DNA of 61,739 nt, the filler included. It is 5 parts of 5 records of this genome, joined end to end, with 100 filler letters (N's around TTAATTAATTAA, not from the genome) between each part and the next. Parts side by side here need not be neighbours in the genome. Positions count along the whole stretch, not along the records: positions 1 to 7,816 come from SRR31156797_5757; positions 7,917 to 28,280 come from SRR31156797_5758; 3 more parts are not named here. One strand, given 5' to 3'. Shown here piece after piece: positions 1 through 8,372 of the stretch. Each line of letters starts with the position of its first letter. The stretch's first letter is position 1. The notes under the pieces were generated by a model. It searched no databases, was not told the DNA's origin, and worked only from the letters and a program-made list of their open reading frames with translations. Made by a program: the position numbers and the translations under genes.

Positions 1-1
1 G

Positions 2-592
2 GATGATGAGTTTATTGAAGAGTTTGCAAAAAATCCAAAAATATCTAAATGTATTCATATGCCTTTACAAAGTGGTTCTACTAAAGTATTAAAAGCTATG
101 AAAAGAGGATATACAAAAGAGTGGTTTTTAAATAGAGCTAAGAAAATTAGAGATTTAGTTCCTAATGTTAGAATTACAACAGATATTATTGTAGCTTTCC
201 CTGGTGAGTCTCAAGAAGATTTCGAAGATACAATTGATGTAATCAAACAAGTTCGTTTTGATCAAATCTTTAACTTCAAATACTCTCCAAGACCAAACAC
301 TAAAGCTTTAGAATTTAAAGATTTAGAAATTGAAGATGAGATTGGAAGTGCAAGACTTACAGAAGTAATTGAACTTCACAAGTTACATCAAAGTGAATTA
401 ATGGATTCAAATGTTGGAAAAACTGTAGAGGTTTTATTTGAATCATTAAAACCAAATGGTGAGATTGCTGGATTTACAGATAACTATTGTCAAGTGTTTG
501 TAAAAGGTAGTGATGAGCTATTAGGAAAAATTGTAAAAGTAAAAATAACTGGTGCAACTAGAACTGCACTTAAAGGTGAAATTGTAGAATAA
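2..592 (+). CDS. miaB: tRNA-2-methylthio-N6-dimethylallyladenosine synthase MiaB, C-terminal part (5'-truncated by window edge)
   Basis: Frame is open from base 2 (DDEFIEEFAKNPKISKCIHMPLQSGS). Motifs HMPLQSGS, TTDIIVAFPGE and FKYSPRPNT, plus a C-terminal TRAM domain. Confidence 0.93.
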   Translation, partial: DDEFIEEFAKNPKISKCIHMPLQSGSTKVLKAMKRGYTKEWFLNRAKKIRDLVPNVRITTDIIVAFPGESQEDFEDTIDVIKQVRFDQIFNFKYSPRPNTKALEFKDLEIEDEIGSARLTEVIELHKLHQSELMDSNVGKTVEVLFESLKPNGEIAGFTDNYCQVFVKGSDELLGKIVKVKITGATRTALKGEIVE

Positions 593-1215
593 TGAAAAGT
601 TTAAAGAACTATTTTCTTACTAAAATAGCACCTTCTTTTTTACAACTTATAGTTAGGTTTATCTATCTAACATCAAAGAAAAACTTTCATTATAGTAAAG
701 TTTCTGAAGATGAGACATTGATAATTGCCATGTGGCATGGGGATTTATTAATGCAACCATTAAACTACAGAAACTTTAGAAAAAATGGAAAAGTAAAAGT
801 CATTGTTAGTGAACATAAAGATGGATTAATAATAAAAAAAGTATGTGAGTATCTAGGAGTAGGTGGTATTCCTGGATCTTCATCAAAGGGCGGAATTAAA
901 GCTTTAAAAAATGCTCTAAAAGAGTTAAAAGCTGGAACTGATGTTGCAATTACTCCTGATGGACCACGTGGTCCTAGGTTTTCTATCGCAGATGGGATTG
1001 TAGCTATTTCAAAGAAAACAAATACTAGAATAGTATCTTTAAATGCTGTTCCAAAATCTTATTGGCAATTAAAATCTTGGGATAGATTTGTTATACCTAA
1101 ACCTTTTGGTATAATAGATTTTTATGTATCTGAACCATTTTCTGTAAATGATTTAGAAATGGATGAAGCAAAAGAGTATATAAAAGAAAAAATGTTAGTA
1201 AATGCCATGAGATAG
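592..1215 (+). CDS. lpxJ: DUF374 lysophospholipid acyltransferase family protein (LpxJ-like lipid A acyltransferase)
   Basis: MWHG, SEHKDG, GSSSKGG, AITPDGPRGP and SWDRFVIPKPF motifs. Coupled to miaB (TAATG overlap), the synteny seen in Campylobacterota. Confidence 0.75.
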   Translation: MKSLKNYFLTKIAPSFLQLIVRFIYLTSKKNFHYSKVSEDETLIIAMWHGDLLMQPLNYRNFRKNGKVKVIVSEHKDGLIIKKVCEYLGVGGIPGSSSKGGIKALKNALKELKAGTDVAITPDGPRGPRFSIADGIVAISKKTNTRIVSLNAVPKSYWQLKSWDRFVIPKPFGIIDFYVSEPFSVNDLEMDEAKEYIKEKMLVNAMR

Positions 1216-1230
1216 GGGTTAAAGTTTAAA

Positions 1231-2826
1231 ATGTTTTCTAAAGAGTCATTATATATAAATGCAATAAAATATACTAATCAATTAAAAATCAATTATAAGA
1301 AGCTAAACAATAATGATATTATTGAAACAAACAGCTCTACTTTTATTGCAAAAGATGATATCTTAGGAAGAGACATTGCCACAAAACTTAATAATCATGC
1401 CTCTGAGATAAACAACACTTATATTTCAACACTATTAATTGCAGATGATACTGTATTATTAAAAAAGAAAAGTCCTAAACCAAAAGACTGCGAAGTAACA
1501 GTATTAAACAATGACTATAATATTGCTGTTTCTAAAAACAATCTTTTTGAAACAAGAAACTATTTTGAAAAGTGTGGAGTTGATTATATATTCTCTGCTT
1601 ATCATGTTTTAAATCTTCATATTGAACAAAACCCTTGCAACAATAATCTAGTAATACTTCTATTTAATGACCAAGCTTTTTGTGTAGTTTTAAATGAAAA
1701 AAATGAAATTATATTTAATAAGAAGATTACATTATCTGCCTTTGATGATATAAAACAAAGTAAGTTTTATGAAAATGAAGTATTAGGTCAAAAGCTTTTT
1801 GATGAAGTATATGCTTTAGAGCTACATGAGGCTATTCAAAATACAATTGAAGAGTTTTATGCAAATAGTAAAAACATATTTATAGAAAGAATTTCACTAT
1901 TATATAATATTAAAATCTTAACAAATGAACAGATACAGCAAATGAGTGATGAGTTTATGATTGATACAACTTATCATCCAATCTCTGTTGATGAAGAGTT
2001 ATTTGAGTTATCAAAAGATACACATAGTCATAAAAGTTTTATAAAGCCAAGGTCAAAACCTACAAACACATTTAGAAACTTTGTTTTAGCTCTAGCTGTA
2101 TTTGCTGTAATTTTTGCAGGAAGTGCTTTTGTTTTACCATATAAAAAATGGCTAGGAATGGAAGATAAGAAGGTAACAACTCCGACTCAAACTGTTTCAA
2201 AAAAAGTTGAAGAAGCAAAACCTATCAAACGAGAAATAATACTTCCTAATCATATGGAAATAAACTCTCAGTTAGAGTTTAAAGTATTAAAAGCTTTAGA
2301 AGTTATTCCTTATGATATGGTTTTAACTGAATTAACAGTTGATACAGATAGATTACTATTTGATGTAAATATGTTAAATAAAGACACTTATATCAAAGTT
2401 ATAAAACCTGAACTGCAAAAAGATTATGAAAAAGTAAATATAACTTTTAAAGAGAGTAAAAAGCCTGTTTTAAAAGCAACTATTGATGTAGAAGGTTTCA
2501 AAGATAAAAAAGAGACTGGAACAAAAGAGTATAAAGATGTTTATTTATCAAATGAGTTTATGTCAATTATTACTGTTACAGAGCAAATAAAAATGCTATT
2601 TCCTAAAGGAACAAGCATAAACTTTAAATCAAGTTCTAAAGAGACTAATGTAAGCTTTGATTATCTTGTAAATATGCTAATACAATCTCCATTAGAGTTC
2701 TTTAAAGTAATAGAAGTATTAAATAATGAGATGTACTCTATAAACATTAATTATCCAGTTAATTTTGTAAAAACAGAAGCTGGAATTGAAGTAGAGTTTA
2801 TTTTACAGTTTAATCAACCAAAGTAG
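1231..2826 (+). CDS. Single-pass membrane protein, possible PilM/PilN/PilO-like fusion
   Basis: 531-aa ORF with ~280-aa soluble N-region, one TM (FVLALAVFAVIFAGSAFVLPY) and a periplasmic region with PilN-like and PilO-like patterns. The function is inferred. Confidence 0.5.
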   Translation: MFSKESLYINAIKYTNQLKINYKKLNNNDIIETNSSTFIAKDDILGRDIATKLNNHASEINNTYISTLLIADDTVLLKKKSPKPKDCEVTVLNNDYNIAVSKNNLFETRNYFEKCGVDYIFSAYHVLNLHIEQNPCNNNLVILLFNDQAFCVVLNEKNEIIFNKKITLSAFDDIKQSKFYENEVLGQKLFDEVYALELHEAIQNTIEEFYANSKNIFIERISLLYNIKILTNEQIQQMSDEFMIDTTYHPISVDEELFELSKDTHSHKSFIKPRSKPTNTFRNFVLALAVFAVIFAGSAFVLPYKKWLGMEDKKVTTPTQTVSKKVEEAKPIKREIILPNHMEINSQLEFKVLKALEVIPYDMVLTELTVDTDRLLFDVNMLNKDTYIKVIKPELQKDYEKVNITFKESKKPVLKATIDVEGFKDKKETGTKEYKDVYLSNEFMSIITVTEQIKMLFPKGTSINFKSSSKETNVSFDYLVNMLIQSPLEFFKVIEVLNNEMYSININYPVNFVKTEAGIEVEFILQFNQPK

Positions 2827-2830
2827 TTGA

Positions 2831-3949
2831 TTAAAACTGCATTATAAACCTAACACCATCTGTAGAATTTTCTATTTTTAAATTTCCATTGTAACTATTT
2901 TTAATCACTAATTTCACCATATATAATCTTACTCCTGTACCTTCTTCTTTTGTTGTATAGTATGGGTCAAATATTTTTTCTAGATTCTCTTCTTTTATTC
3001 CACCTGCATTATCACTAATGATTAGATAGTTTTTTTCATCTTTAGAAAAAGTTATAATTTCAATCTTTCTATTTTCTATCTCTCTTTCTTCAAAGGCTTG
3101 CATTGAGTTTGTAATTAAGTTGATTAAAACTTGTGATAACTCCATTTCTATACCATTTAATTGATAGTTTGAAAGTAGTTGTGTTTCAAGTTCTACATTA
3201 GCTTTTTTTATTTGTGAGCCAAGTAACTCTTTTGTACTTTCGATAACTTTTTTTATTTCAAATTGATTTTTATGTTTATCTGGGTTAAAAAAGCTAAGAA
3301 AGCCATCAATTGTATCTCTCATATAATGAATTTGTTTTTTAGTATTTTGAGAGAATTCATCAACCATTTCATCATTTAATTCATTAAATTGATATGCAAA
3401 TTTTATATCATCACAATAAATAGAAAGTACATTAAGAGGTTGTTTTAGTTGGTGTGAAATTACACCTATCATTTCACCGATACTGGCCATTTTTGTATTA
3501 TGTACTGCAAGTTTATTTGCTTTTTCAAGGGAAGATTTAATTTGTTTATTTTTATTAAAAAGCTCAATATAGGCTTTAAGTTTTGAAGTTAGAAGAACAT
3601 CATCTATAGGTTTAGAGATATATTCAATAGCTCCTAAATCATAACCTTTTTTTTGATATAAATCTTTATCATAAATACCAGTAATAAAAATAACAGGAAT
3701 ATCTTTTAGTTTTTCTATTCTTTTAATATATTCAACAAATTGAAATCCATCAATATCTGGCATTTGAATATCACAAAGTATTAAATCAACACTCTCTTGC
3801 ATAAGGATATTAATAGCAGCATTTGCATTAAGTGCAGAGTGAATATTGATATCTAAATCTTCAATAAGTAGTTCTAGCGAATATATATTATCTTGAACAT
3901 CATCTATTATTAAAACAGAAAATTTATTTTCCATAATATATCCTTTCAT
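2831..3949 (-). CDS. Hybrid response regulator / histidine kinase (REC-HisKA-HATPase)
   Basis: IIDD..DLILCDIQMPDIDG receiver, H-box ISHQLKQPL, N-box NLITNS, DNAGGI, FDPYYTTK. The G2 box reads GTGVRL. Confidence 0.9.
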   Translation of the reverse strand: MKGYIMENKFSVLIIDDVQDNIYSLELLIEDLDINIHSALNANAAINILMQESVDLILCDIQMPDIDGFQFVEYIKRIEKLKDIPVIFITGIYDKDLYQKKGYDLGAIEYISKPIDDVLLTSKLKAYIELFNKNKQIKSSLEKANKLAVHNTKMASIGEMIGVISHQLKQPLNVLSIYCDDIKFAYQFNELNDEMVDEFSQNTKKQIHYMRDTIDGFLSFFNPDKHKNQFEIKKVIESTKELLGSQIKKANVELETQLLSNYQLNGIEMELSQVLINLITNSMQAFEEREIENRKIEIITFSKDEKNYLIISDNAGGIKEENLEKIFDPYYTTKEEGTGVRLYMVKLVIKNSYNGNLKIENSTDGVRFIMQF

Positions 3950-4017
3950 TTTATATCATCTAAAATTATATTCTAAAATGATACTATAATAGTATTTTTT
4001 ATCTATATAATAACTGT

Positions 4018-5925
4018 ATGGATATTTTAAAGGAGTGGAACATTAAGGTTCTTAAGAAAATGCTAAATATTTTTGATAGATTTAGAAATAGTATTGGCTC
4101 AAATTTATTTAATAGAGTTTATCTTACTTATTTTGTTTTTGTATTTTTATTTGTACTTTTTCAAATCTTTACTGAGTATAAAAATGAAAAACGAAAACTT
4201 GAAAGAGTATTTACAAAAATAGAAACTGTATATAAAAATATTTTAATAAAGAATACAAAAGAAAAAAATATAAAAGAGTTAAATAGTATTTCCCATGCAA
4301 TAGTACAAACTACAGATATCTCAGGTATTTCTATTATTGAAGAGAAACAACGATTTATATATTTAAATGGAATGGTTTCTAGTGATATTGAAAATATTAA
4401 ATCAATAATTAGATTACCAAATTTGAATTATAGATTTTCTAATAGTTTATTAACTCATGGAATGGAATTTACTATTGAAGATAGGAACTACTTTATTTTT
4501 TTATTCATAGATGAAAATAAAATCTATAAAAATATGGAAGAGTCTATCTTCTTAATACTTTTAAATATTTTAGCAAGTATGATTATTCTAGGAATCTTAT
4601 TTCTGATTTTTTCAACAAAATATTTAATCAAACCACTTAACAAAATAATTGATGCAACTAAAAAGTTTGATGTTGTTGGTCATGAAGTAATAGAAATAAA
4701 GTTAGATAAAGTAGAAAAAAATGAGTTACATACTCTAGCTAGAACATTTAATAAAATGTCAAAAAGAATTAATGAAGCCTATATCAATATGCAGCAGCTA
4801 ACAATGATTAGAGAGATTCAAAAAGATAAACTAGAGTTACAAAAAAAAGAACTAGAAGATGCTAATAAATCAAAAGATGATTTTATGGCAAATATGAGCC
4901 ATGAGTTAAAAACACCCCTAAACTCTATAAATGTAATTAGTAATGTAATGATGAAAAATAAAAGAGGAGTTTTGAATGAAAAGGATATTAAAAATTTAGA
5001 AATAATAAATAAGTGTGGTAAAGACTTACTGTTTTTAATAAATGATGTTTTAGATCTTTCTAAACTTGAAGCTGGTGAGATTATATTAAACAATGATAAA
5101 CTTGATTTAAGAGAGTTAAGTGATAGTATCTATGATATGTTTAACTTGCAAGTAAAAGAGAGAAATATAGAGTTTAAATATCATATAGATGATTCTTTAG
5201 ATTTTATTTTTAGTGATAAAGATAGAATTAGTCAAATTATAAAAAACCTTCTAAGTAATGCTGTTAAATTTACTGAAAAAGGTCAGGTTAAATTTTTAGT
5301 TTTTGATGAAGAACCAAATGTTAAAATTGTTGTTGAAGATGATGGAATAGGAATCTCAAAAGATAAGTTAGAGCACATCTTTGATAGGTTTAAACAAGTT
5401 GATGGTAGTACAACTAGAAAATATGGTGGAACAGGATTAGGTTTAGCTATTTGTAAAGAGTTAAGTAAGCTATTAGAAGGTGATGTATTTGTTGAAAGTG
5501 AAGTTGATAAAGGCTCAACATTTACTTTAGTAATTCCAAAAAACAAACATCTTTTAGAGGGAATGAATTTCTTAGAAATAAGTTCAAATAAAGAAGATTT
5601 ACTTGAATTAAATAGAGCAAAAGAAGAGGTTATTGTATTTAATAATGACCCTATAGTCTTTTTCAATCTAGTAATTGAATTAAATAAAAAGTATAAAGTG
5701 ATACAAGCTTTCTCTTTTGATGAGTTGAAAACTTTTATTGAAAGAAAAGAGAAGATTATTATTGATATAGATAATTTACCAAAAGATGAAATAGAGTTTT
5801 TGATAGCAAACTTTGAAGGTAAGTTAATATTTATATCTGAGAATGATTTAGAAGATGAGTATAAAAAGCAAGTATTTGATTTTGTCAAAAAGCCATTAAC
5901 AGAAGAGTTAATTGCAAAGATATAG
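4018..5925 (+). CDS. Membrane sensor histidine kinase (2 TM, HAMP, HisKA, HATPase, degenerate C-terminal receiver-like domain)
   Basis: FMANMSHELKTPLN, NLLSNAVKFT, DDGIGI, YGGTGLGLAI and HAMP (ELHTLARTFNKM). The start may be at a downstream Met. Confidence 0.92.
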   Translation: MDILKEWNIKVLKKMLNIFDRFRNSIGSNLFNRVYLTYFVFVFLFVLFQIFTEYKNEKRKLERVFTKIETVYKNILIKNTKEKNIKELNSISHAIVQTTDISGISIIEEKQRFIYLNGMVSSDIENIKSIIRLPNLNYRFSNSLLTHGMEFTIEDRNYFIFLFIDENKIYKNMEESIFLILLNILASMIILGILFLIFSTKYLIKPLNKIIDATKKFDVVGHEVIEIKLDKVEKNELHTLARTFNKMSKRINEAYINMQQLTMIREIQKDKLELQKKELEDANKSKDDFMANMSHELKTPLNSINVISNVMMKNKRGVLNEKDIKNLEIINKCGKDLLFLINDVLDLSKLEAGEIILNNDKLDLRELSDSIYDMFNLQVKERNIEFKYHIDDSLDFIFSDKDRISQIIKNLLSNAVKFTEKGQVKFLVFDEEPNVKIVVEDDGIGISKDKLEHIFDRFKQVDGSTTRKYGGTGLGLAICKELSKLLEGDVFVESEVDKGSTFTLVIPKNKHLLEGMNFLEISSNKEDLLELNRAKEEVIVFNNDPIVFFNLVIELNKKYKVIQAFSFDELKTFIERKEKIIIDIDNLPKDEIEFLIANFEGKLIFISENDLEDEYKKQVFDFVKKPLTEELIAKI

Positions 5926-5950
5926 CACAATCTTGTAAAAAGGATTTATT

Positions 5951-7228
5951 ATGGTTGAAAAAAATGAAGAGATTAGAAGTTTAAAAGTTTTATATGTAGA
6001 AGATGAAGATTTAGCTAGGGAAAAACTAGGAAAGTTTTTGCAAAGAAAGTTTGATAATGTAGAACTATGTGCAAATGGTTTAGATGGTTTTTTAGCTTTT
6101 GAAAAAGCTTTTCATAGCAATCAAAAGTTTGACTTAGTAATTAGTGATATAAACATGCCTAAGATGGATGGTCTTGAAATGTTTGAAAAGATTAAAGAGG
6201 TTGATACTCATATTCCTTCGATGTTAATTACAGCTAGAACTGAAACTGAGCAATTATTAAAAGCTATCTCTTTACATATAGATAGTTATATTTTAAAGCC
6301 AATAGATTTAACGGTAATAGATGAAAAGTTAAATAGACTTTGTAGTGATATTTTCTATAAAAAGAATTATGAAAATCAAAAGAAAGAGTTACAAACTTAT
6401 TTAGATATCTTAAATCAAGAAGCAATAGTTTCAAAAACTGATTTAAGTGGAAAGATAACTTATGTAAATGATGGTTTTTGTGTTGTTACAGGATATGAAG
6501 AGAGTGAATTAATTGGTAAGTCTCACAAACTAATAAGACACCCAGAGGTTCCTAAAGAGTTTTTTAAAACTCTTTGGGAAACTATACAAGCAGGAAAAAT
6601 CTGGAGTGGTACTTTTAAAAATCTAGCAAAAGATGGTTCAACTTTTTTTGTTAACACAAAGATTATTCCTATTTTTGACTCTTCTAGTAAAGAGATTTTA
6701 GAGTATATTGCTGTAAGATTTTTAGTTACAGAAGATGAACTTAAAAAAAGAGAGAGTTATAAGAAGTATTTAGAACAAGTAGCTCAATATAAAAGAGCTA
6801 TAAGTGGCTTAAATAAAGAGAAAGAAAATTTAGCAAAAAGAGTTATTGACTTAACAAATATAAATGCTACATTGGAGACAAAAGCACAGCAAACAGAAGC
6901 CAAAAGAAAGCAACTTTTAAATCAATTAGAAGCCTATGAAAAAAACAACCTAGAGTATGACAAAGTAAATCTTATGACGAAGCAAGATAAGAGTAAGCAG
7001 TTTGAACAAATGTATAAAGCTTTAAATACTTTAAAGGGTGTAAATAAAAGACAAGAAAAAAGTATAAGAGATTTAGAAGCTATGTTACTTTCAAAAAAAG
7101 ATGAGTTAGATGATTTTATAAAAAAAGATTTAGAGAATAAAAAAAGAATAAATGATTTAAAAGATTTAGTTACAAATTTACAAAAAGAGAATGAAGAGTT
7201 AAAAACTCATAAGAAAACTCTATTTTAA
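5951..7228 (+). CDS. Response regulator with REC-PAS and long C-terminal coiled coil
   Basis: LYVEDE..DLVISDINMPKMDG..KP receiver and PAS (SKTDLSGKITYVN..IRHP..WSGTFKNLAKDG), followed by ~165 aa of K/E/Q/L-rich heptads. Confidence 0.85.
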   Translation: MVEKNEEIRSLKVLYVEDEDLAREKLGKFLQRKFDNVELCANGLDGFLAFEKAFHSNQKFDLVISDINMPKMDGLEMFEKIKEVDTHIPSMLITARTETEQLLKAISLHIDSYILKPIDLTVIDEKLNRLCSDIFYKKNYENQKKELQTYLDILNQEAIVSKTDLSGKITYVNDGFCVVTGYEESELIGKSHKLIRHPEVPKEFFKTLWETIQAGKIWSGTFKNLAKDGSTFFVNTKIIPIFDSSSKEILEYIAVRFLVTEDELKKRESYKKYLEQVAQYKRAISGLNKEKENLAKRVIDLTNINATLETKAQQTEAKRKQLLNQLEAYEKNNLEYDKVNLMTKQDKSKQFEQMYKALNTLKGVNKRQEKSIRDLEAMLLSKKDELDDFIKKDLENKKRINDLKDLVTNLQKENEELKTHKKTLF

Positions 7229-7239
7229 TAAGATAAAAG

Positions 7240-7815
7240 TTACCAAACTTTTATCTCATTATAGATTGAATCTCTTTCAACTGGTGTAAAGCCAGAGTTT
7301 TTGATTAAATCAACAAACTCTTCAAGTGGCATACCATTTGCACTTTTTGCTCCTGCTGCACTTTGAATAGACTCTTTTTCAATTGTTCCATCTAAATCAT
7401 TTGCACCAAACTCTTGAGCTAAAAGAGCTAGTTTTACAGTTGATGTTACCCAATAAGCTTTTATGTGAGGAATATTATCTAAAAGGATTCTAGCAATAGC
7501 CATAGTTTTTAATATCTCTTGACCAGTTAAAAAATCTTTTACTTTTAGATAGTTATTCTCTTTTTGATAAACAAGTGGAATGAAAGCATTAAATCCATTT
7601 GTTTCATCTTGTAAATCTCTAAGTCTTAGCATATGGTCGATTCTGTGTTCTCTTGATTCAACATGTCCAAATAGCATTGTTGCATTACTTTCATGTCCTG
7701 CTTTATGCCAAAGTTTATGAATATCAAGCCATTGTTGTGAAGTAACTTTTCCACCACAAATTCTTTTTCTAACCTTTTCATCAAAGATTTCAGCTCCACC
7801 ACCTGGCATTGAATC
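7240..7815 (-). CDS. mqnE: Aminofutalosine synthase MqnE (radical SAM), C-terminal part; 5' end lost at contig break
   Basis: DSMPGGGAEIF, NATMLFGHVE, LRDLQDET, HIKAYW, FGANDLDGTIEKESIQSAAGA and PVERDSIY motifs of the MqnE/MqnC family (futalosine menaquinone pathway). Confidence 0.82.
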   Translation of the reverse strand, partial: DSMPGGGAEIFDEKVRKRICGGKVTSQQWLDIHKLWHKAGHESNATMLFGHVESREHRIDHMLRLRDLQDETNGFNAFIPLVYQKENNYLKVKDFLTGQEILKTMAIARILLDNIPHIKAYWVTSTVKLALLAQEFGANDLDGTIEKESIQSAAGAKSANGMPLEEFVDLIKNSGFTPVERDSIYNEIKVW

Positions 7816-7816
7816 A

Positions 7817-7916
7817 NNNNNNNNNNNNNNNNNNNNNNNNNNNNNNNNNNNNNNNNNNNNTTAATTAATTAANNNNNNNNNNNNNNNNNNNNNNNNNNNN
7901 NNNNNNNNNNNNNNNN
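7817..7916. other. Artificial contig linker N44-TTAATTAATTAA-N44
   Basis: Seen directly. The 12-mer gives stops in all six frames, and genes on both sides are truncated. Confidence 0.99.
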
Positions 7917-7917
7917 G

Positions 7918-8304
7918 GATTTTACTGCAATCGAAAAAGAAGAAGCCAAAGCTTTAAAAGGTGGTTGGTTAAGAGATCAACAAAGTTGGTTTAATTTACT
8001 AGTTTATCATGGTTGGAGACCTACGCCAGATCAGCCAATCTCGTATTTAGGATCTTATTCAGCAAGTAAAACTTTTTATGCAGGAGTTAAAATTTATGAT
8101 CCTTATTCAGGGGTAGAAGAAATATGTCATATGGGAGATGTGGCTGGTTATATAAGCCCGAGTGCAGCAAGAAATTCGCATATTTTATGGGAAAAAGATT
8201 CTAATAGTAATACTTGGCGTAGTACAGCTTTAGGTGCTGATGCATATGCTGCAGGTGTTGCTGAAGGAACTACATTATATACCACAACAGGTAGTTGGAC
8301 TTAA
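7918..8304 (+). CDS. Double-glycine-leader precursor peptide/protein (5'-truncated; not in the supplied ORF track)
   Basis: Manual translation gives 128 open codons, DFTAIEKEEAKALKGG|WLRDQQSWFNLLVYHGWRPTPDQPISYLGSYSASKTFYAGVKIYDPYSGVEEICHMGDVAGYISPSAARNSHILWEKDSNSNTWRSTALGADAYAAGVAEGTTLYTTTGSWT, with TAA at 8302-8304. The leader matches the F/L-x-x-L/I-x-x-E-E-x-x-x-L-x-G-G pattern, and a C39 transporter lies 1.2 kb downstream. Confidence 0.85.
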   Translation, partial: DFTAIEKEEAKALKGGWLRDQQSWFNLLVYHGWRPTPDQPISYLGSYSASKTFYAGVKIYDPYSGVEEICHMGDVAGYISPSAARNSHILWEKDSNSNTWRSTALGADAYAAGVAEGTTLYTTTGSWT

Positions 8305-8314
8305 TAAACAAATG

Positions 8315-8337
8315 GTTCGGGGAATTATTCCCCGAAC
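8315..8337 (+). terminator. GC-rich stem-loop after the precursor gene (partial terminator or mRNA stabiliser)
   Basis: Perfect 10-bp stem GTTCGGGGAA-TTA-TTCCCCGAAC, with no real U-tract following. Confidence 0.65.
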
Positions 8338-8372
8338 GTTAAAATGCTATAGATACTAAAATACCTAATTTT

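Noticed and set aside
4818-5930. Antisense ORFs 4818-5093 and 5283-5930
   Set aside because: They are Ser/Phe/Leu-rich mirror translations of the histidine kinase on the opposite strand.
7861-7872. TTAATTAATTAA palindrome recurring four times
   Set aside because: It is always centred in 44+44 Ns, so it is a synthetic six-frame-stop linker and not a biological repeat.
7966-8301. Trp-x-x motifs in the core as radical-SAM cyclophane sites
   Set aside because: No radical SAM gene is on this contig, and such three-residue motifs occur readily by chance in an aromatic-rich sequence.
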